A stretch of 64,000 bases of DNA, taken from the NCBI GenBank assembly GCA_002011735.1, contig MTOQ01000011.1:2761-66760 (forward strand), in the 5' to 3' direction. The notes beneath the pieces were generated by a model. It was not told where the DNA came from. It made no database searches and was given only the letters and a program-made list of their open reading frames with translations. Source of the DNA: Nitrospirae bacterium JdFR-81 (GTDB taxonomy: Bacteria > Nitrospirota > Thermodesulfovibrionia > UBA6902). Shown in pieces: positions 8,841 to 16,972 of the stretch; the stretch's first letter is position 1, and each line of letters opens with the position of its first letter. Both the position numbers and the translations under genes were made by a program.

Positions 8841-9460
8841 CTCTCCTCACCCATAAGACCGAATAGTGAAAAACTGACGATGTGCTCTATGAGGGTATCA
8901 ATAAAACCCTCGTCAAACCTCCTGCCTGTCACCCTGCTTATCATATTCCTTGAGAGATTGAAGTGCATGACCTGTGCGATGATGCTGAGGACATAAAGCA
9001 TCTGCTCATCCCTCTGTGTGCCCTCAGGCATGTACGGCCTGAGGAGCCCGATAAGGGCATTGAAGAACGGCATCACCACCTCGGAGTGGAATATCTCGAA
9101 TGCCTCGGTGGGCCTGCTGGCCTCCCTTGCCATCAGTTTATGATGCAGGAGCCTCTCCCTCTCAGAGAACGGGCTTTTAAGAAACGCCCTTGCAAGGGCC
9201 CTGATCACCCTCCTGGCATCAGGCCTCCTTTCGCCCTCAAGCTCCCTCCAGAAGGCCTCCTGGACCTTCCTCACCCTGCCCACCATCTTCTCCCTGAAGA
9301 CGGCAAGATAGAGCCCCTTTTTGCTGCCGAAATAGTAATTGATCGAGGCAACATTACAGCCTGCCTTCCCTGTTATCTCACGCACGCTCACACCCTCAAA
9401 GCCCTTCTCTGCAAAGAGCCTCTCGGCGGTATCCAGTATCCTCTGCCTTGCGGTCTTCAC
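8837..9460 (-). CDS. TetR/AcrR family transcriptional regulator
   Basis: N-terminal HTH MKTARQRILDTAERLFAEKGFEGVSVREITGKAGCNVASINYYFGSKKGLY. GTG start. Lies directly upstream of the efflux operon, with a 4-nt overlap. Confidence 0.85.
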   Translation of the reverse strand: MKTARQRILDTAERLFAEKGFEGVSVREITGKAGCNVASINYYFGSKKGLYLAVFREKMVGRVRKVQEAFWRELEGERRPDARRVIRALARAFLKSPFSERERLLHHKLMAREASRPTEAFEIFHSEVVMPFFNALIGLLRPYMPEGTQRDEQMLYVLSIIAQVMHFNLSRNMISRVTGRRFDEGFIDTLIEHIVSFSLFGLMGEER

Positions 9461-9520
9461 ACCCTGAATTTAAACAAACGTTTGATTGACTAATATAATC
9501 CGACAGGGCACCACAAGTCA
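9461..9520 (-). promoter_or_regulatory. Putative sigma70 promoter for tetR (TTGACT-N17-TTATAT) with a perfect 10-nt palindrome CAAACGTTTG between the -10 and the start codon (candidate TetR operator)
   Basis: Read directly from the minus strand upstream of the GTG start at 9460. The palindrome lies at 9472-9481. Confidence 0.35.
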
Positions 9521-9689
9521 ACCCAGACGGAGATCACCCTCGATGTGCAACTTTTTGGGCTTGACAAAAAATATGACCATGGTAATCTGCCCATGGGCAG
9601 GATAAAGGTGGAGGCAGGATATTGAGGAGGATGTCAGGATGCTGAATTATCCGCATGTTAAGACACTGTGGTAAAGACAGGGATACCCC

Positions 9690-9733
9690 CTCCCTAAAAC
9701 AGAAGGCCACCCTTCCGTTGGAGAAGGGTGGCC
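9690..9733 (-). terminator. Rho-independent terminator after the giant secreted protein gene
   Basis: Perfect 11-bp stem GGCCACCCTTC / GAAGGGTGGCC (9705-9733) with a 7-nt loop. On the minus strand it is followed by TTCTGTTTT. It sits 17 nt downstream of the stop at 9750. Confidence 0.55.
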
Positions 9734-9749
9734 TGAAGGGGATACGGGA

Positions 9750-12700
9750 TCAGGGATTTACAGTAACCTCAACGCTGTCATAGTATCCCTGACCGAGATT
9801 CAGTATGCAGTTCATGTTCATGTCCACGCCGAAGTAGAAGATGTATGTCCCTGACGGCATAACAGGTCCAAGCGGTAGCTGGGGCTCTGGGGCTGCTGTT
9901 GTGTTGAGGACAACAAAGTCACTCACACTGAAGAGCGGGGCCTGGTGTGAACATATCATCCCTGGCAGCCATAAATCGGTGACCGGATCATAGTAATACC
10001 AGCCCATTGGTGTGCTCACCAGCATCCACCAGTCTGCAGGGTCACCAGCCTTGCTTCCAGGATCAAGGCTGACGGTCACCACCAGCGGGTCTCCGGGGTT
10101 GAGTGTCACAGGGCCGTCTGAGTTATTCGCCTTTATGTCAGGAGCAGGGTCAAGCGGGTCAAACTGGGCCGTGCAGGTCAGGTCTGTGCTCATGGTCACA
10201 TTACAGGTCGTATTCGTACCACATGGAGCACAGTCCCCGCCCCATCCTGCGAATGTTGAGCCTGCGTCAGGGTTGGCTGTGAGGGTCACATCTGTATTAA
10301 GTGGATAGGATTCACTGCAATCAGCACCACAGTCAATGCCTCCGTCATTGCTCGTGACCGTTCCGGTGCCTCCACCTGTCAGATTCACCGTAAGGGTATA
10401 CTGCGGTGCTACACTCGTGCCCTTCAGTATGACCTCGAAGACAGGCTCGTCAGGGTCATTTGAGTTTATATACAGGAAGTATGGATCAAAGACACCCTCA
10501 TATGTCGGGTTGAAGTAGACCGTCACGGTGCAGGAAGAACCTCCAGAAAGTGAGTTGCCTGTACAGTTGTCCTCTGATATACCGAACGGGAAGCCAGGGT
10601 TGTCTATAGAGGTTATGGTCAGGACGTCACCGCCTGCATTTGTAATCGTAAGGATCTCATAATTGGTTGTATAAAGATCAACCGTGCCGAAGTCAATAGT
10701 TGTAGGGGTTACATCTATATCAGGGAAGAGGACACCATTACCTGTCAGGTTAACGGTTACAGTTGGTTCATCAGGGTCATCGGAGTTTATCACTATGTTT
10801 GATGATGTGGTGCCCTCGGATGTTGGAGCAAACTCTACCACGATCTGACAGCTACTACCCACACCAAGAACAGATGGTGCGAGCGGACAATTGTTGCTCA
10901 CAATGCTGAATGGTGCAACAGGTGGTGTGATGGAATTGATGGTCAGGTCAGCGGTCCCATCGTTGCTCACTGTGATCGTCTGCTGGCTACTATCACCCAC
11001 TGAGACATCTCCAAAGTCCACTGACGATGGGGTTACCGTGATGTCCTGGGCGCCAAGGCCTGTTCCAGCAAGTGGGACATCAAGGTCAGGTGTATCTGGA
11101 TCATTGGAATGGATGGTAAACTGTGAGTTGAATGTTCCTGCTGACAGCGGTGTGAAACGGACCACTATGTCGCACGTTGAGCCTGCCGCGACGTCCTGGC
11201 CAGAGCATCCATCAGAGTATATGGAGAATGGACTGCTGGGGCTGTCGATGGAGCTTATCCTGAGTGTTGCGAGCCCCAGGTTCTGGACAGTAAAGGTCTT
11301 CTCCCCATAGCTACCAACATAGACATTGCCAAAGTCCCATGTGGTTGGATCAATGGCGATATCGGCCTCTATTGCAAGGGCAGAGAGGTTGACCTGCGGG
11401 TTCCCACTGTTCGACTCTATTATGAAGCACTTGTTATATGTGCCACCTGCTAGGGGTGTGAACCTCACTGTAAGGGTGAGCTCTGCCCCTGGGACGAGGT
11501 CTATGGTCGTGTTTGGGTCACCATCTGAGAGCTCTGACGGGAGGCCATCAAAGGAGAACGGCGAGAGGTCTGTCTGCGTGCCACCACACGTCATGTCAAT
11601 CTCGGAGATCATCAGGGTCGTATCGCCTGTGCTGCGGATCTTGAAGGACTGGGTTGCATAGTCACCAACCGCCACACTGCCACTTCCTGGTGGATTCTCA
11701 AAGTCATCAAGCAGTGGTGGTGTGAGCGGGGTGTCATCCATGTTGAGGAGCGTGAGGGATGGTTGCTGTAGCGTGAATAGCTGGCCATAGACATCAGAGC
11801 CACACGGGTCGGAGCCTGTTCCAGGGCCATCTGTTGCACTGCATGTGGAGTCGTCGGCATTCCTTGCGTCCTTCCACACGGCAAGGAACTGCTGTAGATT
11901 GTCATCGTATGCAATGGCCGGATAATACTGGTTGGATGGGAGGGTGAACACCGCATAGTTGTTACCCCTCAGCGAGCCCTCTGCATCCACCTTCTGGCCG
12001 AATATGTCAAGGTTTTCAAGTGAGAGGGTGCTGTTTCGGCCGTCCTGCCACACCACAAAGAACCTCTGCTCTGCGTTGTCGTAGGAGACGAAGGGCTTTG
12101 TCTGTTTTGAGCTGGCAACATTGTCGTCCTGCTGGCCGTCTCCGTCCGTGTCCTGATAGGAGATTATGAAGTTATCGTTGTATAGTCCGCCACCTGAATA
12201 GAGTATCTGGCCGTATATCTTCGTGTTCGGGCCATCCCTCATGTCCTCCCACGCAACCAGGAACCTGTCTGTTATGGGATCAAAGCCTATCGATGGATAA
12301 TAGCCGTTTAAGGGGTTCGTGCTATCTATCATCGTGGAGTTTATAACACCCACATATATATCATCATTAAACAGCCCGTATATGTGGGTGAGCCCGTCGT
12401 CGTAGTCCGAGGTGGTGAATGTGCTCGTCACAGTTTCGCCGAGATCGCAGACATCGTTATTATTGCTATCCTCACAGCTACATGTGAGCACGCCCTTTCC
12501 GCGCCTTCCCTCCCAGGCCATAAGTGTGGCAGGTGATGTGGTGTCAGAGGCAACGGTTATGTTGTTGATGTTTGTGAAGTATTCGTATGTGTATTTCTCA
12601 ACAAGGCCTGTGCTACTGGAGGATATGAGCCTGTTTGTGCGGGTCAGGCCGTTCCTTATGATGTCAGCACCTGTTACGCCAAGGTCATTCGTAACATCTG

Positions 12701-13961
12701 CAAGGGTGTCGCCATCGAGCATCACATAGCCGGGGAATGAGCGGTCTCCGAACGACCAGGAGACAGGCATAAAGCCAAAGCAGAGCTCGGAGATCCTGTT
12801 GAGGATGTCTCTTGACTCTATCCATACGATCCAGAACCTGTCGTTTACAGGGTCATAGGAGACCCTTGGCCTTCTCCTTGAACGGAGCTCGTCACCAACC
12901 GATCCGGTTGTTGGAGGCCAGGGATTATAATATGAATAATACACCCCGATAGGATCGTCATCATCAGGAGGATTATCAAAGCTCACTCCAACAAACCCGC
13001 TTTCATAGTAGATATCTCCTGACCCATCACCTGTAAAACCGCCATTTCCATCATCTATAAGGGTCTGTGTCCCGTCAGTAACTACGACGGTGCCAGGGAC
13101 AAGTGGTCTATTCGAAAGGACACCACTGAAAGCCTTTGTGCTACCATTACCTGTCCCTATCGTCTCTTCATAGTAGGAATAATCTGCCGTGATATTAGCA
13201 CCATTTGGAGGGGCTGAATCAAAGGTGATGTTGAAAATGCCTGTTGAATAACCTATTATCCCCGAGCCATTGCCTGTAAAACCGCTGTTTCCATCGTCCG
13301 TGAGGGTCTGTGTGCCGTCGGTTATGGTAACAGAGCCTGGGACAATATCTTGATTTGCGAGTATCCCTGAAAAAGCACGCTGAGTCCCATTCCCTGTCCC
13401 TATAGACTCTCCTGTCACAGATATCGTTCCAACAGATGTGGTTGAATACCCATACTTCTCGATCTGATTATACCCCACAGGGGTCTCGGGGCCTACAGTG
13501 TAGCTTCCTGCACTACAGGTGCCATCCAGGGTGGTTACATCTATGTCTCTATAATAGACATATCCCCCTGTGGCATTACCCCTTGTATCCTGCCAGACTA
13601 TGAGGATCTTGCTATCCTCGGTGGGACTGAAAAGCTCCCCGTTCCTGTAGGCAGCGGTCGGTGCTGTCTGATTGCCTGTGGCATTGGTTATTATAATCTC
13701 GTCCCCGCAGAATGTGCCGTCTCCATTCATGAACCTTGCCCTTATGTCAGCCCCTGTTGTGGCCGTATCCCTCCAGTCCTCCCACACAACGAAGTAGAGG
13801 TTCTTATCAGGGAGGTAGATGACCTGTGGGTTCTGCTGGTCATAGGAGACTATTGAGATGGGTATGTTGTCGCCAACATAGCCTGCATGGGCATAAAGGG
13901 GTAATAGTATGGCTATAATGGATAATGCCAGTGATAGTATCATTAGATTTCTCTTCATCAT
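9750..13961 (-). CDS. Giant secreted repeat protein (1403 aa). Signal peptide; N-terminal half with six copies of a ~45-aa xYDxxNxxF(L/V)VVWxDxR repeat and an internal tandem duplication; four choice-of-anchor D / ASH-type beta-sandwich domains; an InlB B-repeat-like domain
   Basis: Signal peptide MMKRNLMILSLALSIIAILLPLYAHA. Four repeats of the pattern DFG.V.VG....TI.N.G...L.I.SI..P..PFSI....C......G.SC.IVV.F.P...G......I.SNDPD. One InlB-B-like segment YTLTVNLTGGGTGTVTSNDGGIDCGADCSESYPLNTDVTLTANPDAGSTFAGWGGDC. No C-terminal anchor. Confidence 0.85.
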   Translation of the reverse strand: MMKRNLMILSLALSIIAILLPLYAHAGYVGDNIPISIVSYDQQNPQVIYLPDKNLYFVVWEDWRDTATTGADIRARFMNGDGTFCGDEIIITNATGNQTAPTAAYRNGELFSPTEDSKILIVWQDTRGNATGGYVYYRDIDVTTLDGTCSAGSYTVGPETPVGYNQIEKYGYSTTSVGTISVTGESIGTGNGTQRAFSGILANQDIVPGSVTITDGTQTLTDDGNSGFTGNGSGIIGYSTGIFNITFDSAPPNGANITADYSYYEETIGTGNGSTKAFSGVLSNRPLVPGTVVVTDGTQTLIDDGNGGFTGDGSGDIYYESGFVGVSFDNPPDDDDPIGVYYSYYNPWPPTTGSVGDELRSRRRPRVSYDPVNDRFWIVWIESRDILNRISELCFGFMPVSWSFGDRSFPGYVMLDGDTLADVTNDLGVTGADIIRNGLTRTNRLISSSSTGLVEKYTYEYFTNINNITVASDTTSPATLMAWEGRRGKGVLTCSCEDSNNNDVCDLGETVTSTFTTSDYDDGLTHIYGLFNDDIYVGVINSTMIDSTNPLNGYYPSIGFDPITDRFLVAWEDMRDGPNTKIYGQILYSGGGLYNDNFIISYQDTDGDGQQDDNVASSKQTKPFVSYDNAEQRFFVVWQDGRNSTLSLENLDIFGQKVDAEGSLRGNNYAVFTLPSNQYYPAIAYDDNLQQFLAVWKDARNADDSTCSATDGPGTGSDPCGSDVYGQLFTLQQPSLTLLNMDDTPLTPPLLDDFENPPGSGSVAVGDYATQSFKIRSTGDTTLMISEIDMTCGGTQTDLSPFSFDGLPSELSDGDPNTTIDLVPGAELTLTVRFTPLAGGTYNKCFIIESNSGNPQVNLSALAIEADIAIDPTTWDFGNVYVGSYGEKTFTVQNLGLATLRISSIDSPSSPFSIYSDGCSGQDVAAGSTCDIVVRFTPLSAGTFNSQFTIHSNDPDTPDLDVPLAGTGLGAQDITVTPSSVDFGDVSVGDSSQQTITVSNDGTADLTINSITPPVAPFSIVSNNCPLAPSVLGVGSSCQIVVEFAPTSEGTTSSNIVINSDDPDEPTVTVNLTGNGVLFPDIDVTPTTIDFGTVDLYTTNYEILTITNAGGDVLTITSIDNPGFPFGISEDNCTGNSLSGGSSCTVTVYFNPTYEGVFDPYFLYINSNDPDEPVFEVILKGTSVAPQYTLTVNLTGGGTGTVTSNDGGIDCGADCSESYPLNTDVTLTANPDAGSTFAGWGGDCAPCGTNTTCNVTMSTDLTCTAQFDPLDPAPDIKANNSDGPVTLNPGDPLVVTVSLDPGSKAGDPADWWMLVSTPMGWYYYDPVTDLWLPGMICSHQAPLFSVSDFVVLNTTAAPEPQLPLGPVMPSGTYIFYFGVDMNMNCILNLGQGYYDSVEVTVNP
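12921..13433 (-). repeat. Intragenic tandem duplication (2 x ~255 nt, ~85 aa each) inside the giant protein gene
   Basis: Protein residues ~177-266 and ~267-347 are near-identical in pattern: IGTGNG(T/S).(R/K)AFSG(I/V)L.N...VPG(S/T)V.(I/V)TDGTQTL.DDGN.GFTG.GSG.I.Y..G. The DNA copies are visibly similar (for example GTAAAACCGCCATTTCCATCATC versus GTAAAACCGCTGTTTCCATCGTC). Confidence 0.7.
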
Positions 13962-14076
13962 CTTCCTCCCTCACCTTTCTAAAGGCATCATGCCTTTAAT
14001 ACACATCCTCATCTGCCAGGGCAGTCCCTGGCCCTTCCCTGAAAGAAGGGCCAGGCGATCCCTGATAGGAGAGGTC

Positions 14077-16236
14077 TTATTGTATATTGAGTGTTGCAGT
14101 TGTCTGCCTCCAGTCTGTTGTATCAAGCACCGTTATGGTAACGGTGCCGGTGGCAAGACCCTCTGCGGTGAATGAGCTTCCGCCCGTGTAGGTGATCTGC
14201 ACTGCAGACGGTAGATCAACGAATATCTGGAACGGTGGGTTACCACCGAATACAGTGAATGTCACGCTGTCACCCACATTTATCGTCACATTCTGCGGCA
14301 TTATGAAGAAGTCTGTCGGATTCACTATCACCGTGACGGTGGTGCTGTTGCCGAATGCATCGACCACGGTGAGGAGCACGGTCGTTGCCGTGGCCACTGA
14401 GTCAGGATCGATCGTGAATGTGTTACCGCTTACGGTCTGGTTCGGTATGATGTTCTGATAGTCTGATATCACCTCATACGGTGCCGTGCCACCATATATG
14501 GTGAACAGGATATCGTCTGTTGGATCTGTATCAGGGTTCTTTATACCGACCACACTCACCTGTGACGGTATCACCTCTATCGTGGTTTCAACCTTCAGAA
14601 CAAGGGTTGCTGTAGCTGATGAACCAAAGGCATCATATACCGTTATTGTTACGGTGGTGTTTTTGGTCGGGACGGCCTCAACTGTGGCAGTCAGTGTTGA
14701 GCCCGAGACATTCACACTCACCAGTGATGGGTTGTCGCTGTATGCTGCATAGGGCTCGACACCACCGAGTATGGTGTAGGTTGCCGTATCGCCAACCTGC
14801 GGGTTTGAGATGGTCTGGGACTCAGGTATTATCTTCAGCTCCTCGACCTGTGTAACGATATTCAGGGTGGCGGTAACAGAGGTCATTGCAGAATCTACTA
14901 TCGTGTAGGTCACGGTGGTATCAGGCGTTGCAGGGTCAACCGTAACCGTGAATGTCCCGCCACTCTCGGTGACACTCGATGGATTTGGCGGGAACTGAGG
15001 ATCATCAGAGAATATGGTGTAGGGTGGTATGCCTCCGTATATGGTATATGTGGCTGTCCCACCTGTTACGCCGTTGATGGTCTGGCTTTCTGGGAAGACC
15101 ATGAGGTCTGGGCTCACTGTCACATCAACCGTGCCGATAACCTCACCCCGCACCGTGGCGGTTATGGTACATACGCCTGGCACCTGTGGTGCTGTGAATG
15201 TTGCCTGTGCAACACCGCCTGTTGTCTGTGCAAAGGGTGTGACATAGCCACAGGGATCAGGATCGGTATCGGTCGCGGGTGAGACGGAGAAGTTGACGGT
15301 GAGGCCATCAAACACCGGCTCACCTGTATTCAGAAATATGATCGCGGTAATGGTGGATTCGCCCCCCGGGGCCACCACAGAGGGGCTTGCTGTAAGGTGT
15401 GAGAGGGTGGTGCTTATCTCGACAGGATTGAGGAAGAGTGAGATCATGTTTGCAGCACCAACCCCATCAACATACGGTGCAGAGGCATATATATTAAAGA
15501 AGGTAACGGTCTCCCTCAGTGAGAGGGGTATGGCCTTTATGAGTATCTTTGCCTGGCCATCGGTGTTGGTGGTGATATTACCGCTCCAGTCGGCTGATAT
15601 CTCAAACTGGTCAACCTGCCAGAGTATGGGCTCTCCTGCTGCCGGGGTGCCCCACCTGTTGTAGACCGTGGCGAGTATCTCTGCACTATCGTCATACGGG
15701 TTCTCAAAGAGGTAAAAATCGGACTCCTCATTATAAATCCCATTTCCAGGGAGGCTATCGACATCAAGGGTCAAATATGGCAATAGATATATATCCGTAT
15801 CGCTTGAGGTGAAGTAAACGGTCTTCCTGTCCCTCACCTTTCCTGTGCCTGAATCCACCTCGGCAAGGATGGTGATGAAACCAGGCTCGGAAGAGAAGAG
15901 CCTCATCGTCGCATAACCATATCCATCGGTGTATGCAACGGTGGAGCTCGACCTGACAGAGACCCCGCCCTGAGCGGTTATCGTGCCCTTCTGAGAGAGG
16001 TTCGTAAAGACAACAGGCACACCCGAAACCGGGCTGCCGTTGCCGTCAAGAACCCTTGCCTTGAAATAGAGGGAGGAGTTCGTCTGTGCAACATACTGGA
16101 GGGGCAGCAGTCTGACAATGGACGCTATCCCTGTGTTGACACCAGGAGGTGCACTTGAGGAACTCGTGCCACCTCCACAGCCTGCAAGAAATGCTGTAAG
16201 GATTATCAATGTTATCAATAATATGCCCTTTTTCAT
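14077..16236 (-). CDS. Cell-surface lipoprotein with an invasin-like Big_1 domain and at least four tandem Ig-like repeats (Y.I.GG.(P/A)PY motif)
   Basis: Lipobox LITLIILTAFLAGCGGG. Repeats include PESQTINGVTGGTATYTIYGGIPPYTIF, IPESQTISNPQVGDTATYTILGGVEPYAAY, FTIYGGTAPYEVIS and FTVFGGNPPFQIF. Lies 13 nt downstream of the preceding lipoprotein gene. Confidence 0.8.
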   Translation of the reverse strand: MKKGILLITLIILTAFLAGCGGGTSSSSAPPGVNTGIASIVRLLPLQYVAQTNSSLYFKARVLDGNGSPVSGVPVVFTNLSQKGTITAQGGVSVRSSSTVAYTDGYGYATMRLFSSEPGFITILAEVDSGTGKVRDRKTVYFTSSDTDIYLLPYLTLDVDSLPGNGIYNEESDFYLFENPYDDSAEILATVYNRWGTPAAGEPILWQVDQFEISADWSGNITTNTDGQAKILIKAIPLSLRETVTFFNIYASAPYVDGVGAANMISLFLNPVEISTTLSHLTASPSVVAPGGESTITAIIFLNTGEPVFDGLTVNFSVSPATDTDPDPCGYVTPFAQTTGGVAQATFTAPQVPGVCTITATVRGEVIGTVDVTVSPDLMVFPESQTINGVTGGTATYTIYGGIPPYTIFSDDPQFPPNPSSVTESGGTFTVTVDPATPDTTVTYTIVDSAMTSVTATLNIVTQVEELKIIPESQTISNPQVGDTATYTILGGVEPYAAYSDNPSLVSVNVSGSTLTATVEAVPTKNTTVTITVYDAFGSSATATLVLKVETTIEVIPSQVSVVGIKNPDTDPTDDILFTIYGGTAPYEVISDYQNIIPNQTVSGNTFTIDPDSVATATTVLLTVVDAFGNSTTVTVIVNPTDFFIMPQNVTINVGDSVTFTVFGGNPPFQIFVDLPSAVQITYTGGSSFTAEGLATGTVTITVLDTTDWRQTTATLNIQ

Positions 16237-16249
16237 TTATTTCCTCCTC

Positions 16250-16849
16250 TTAACAATTATCCCAATCTGCAAGATATATGGAATATTCTGCCTCAAATGT
16301 CCCTTCTTCACCATACTGATTTATGTATGTGCATTCATACTTCACTACATAATGGGTTGGATATGCTGGATCAAGGTTCAGGCCAAGAAGATCGTTCCAG
16401 TATTGCACCTTCCGGTCTATATCCATGATGCCTGCAGATATTCTGCACTCATTATCGCCATCCTCTATCGGACAGTTTGGATAAACGGTCTTGCCCTCTA
16501 TTATAGGGGCATCAGGATTTTCTGTGCCTTTCAGATATGTAACCTTGCATTCATCGATGGTTGCAGGGAATACATCAGGAAAACCAGTGGCAACGGCCCC
16601 TATGGTGAGGATGGCATCGTGTTCAAATAGACCATCCTCGTAATCTGTATAGTCAGGAGGGCACAGATGGATTGCAACATCCACCTCATCGTCTGAACTG
16701 GTGCCACTGTCCTCTCCGACGAGGGTAACATAGGTGATCCTTATCCCTGTATTTCCACTGTCTGAACCAGGGGCACCCCCCATGGCACCACAGCCAAGTA
16801 TCAGAATAGGGATGGTTAGGATAGCCAATATCAAGATATATCTCTTCAT
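16250..16849 (-). CDS. Cys-rich secreted lipoprotein, hypothetical
   Basis: MKRYILILAILTIPILILGCGAMGG lipobox. Six further Cys residues. Acidic. No recognisable family. Confidence 0.65.
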   Translation of the reverse strand: MKRYILILAILTIPILILGCGAMGGAPGSDSGNTGIRITYVTLVGEDSGTSSDDEVDVAIHLCPPDYTDYEDGLFEHDAILTIGAVATGFPDVFPATIDECKVTYLKGTENPDAPIIEGKTVYPNCPIEDGDNECRISAGIMDIDRKVQYWNDLLGLNLDPAYPTHYVVKYECTYINQYGEEGTFEAEYSIYLADWDNC

Positions 16850-16972
16850 ACTTCCTCCATAATGTTTATTTATAAATCTTAATCCACCCTTGCCTCAAGA
16901 CCCGTTCCACCCTTAAAAGGAGATCGTTTATCACTGCCTTCTTATGATCTTTTGATCTTTTTATGTCCATCT

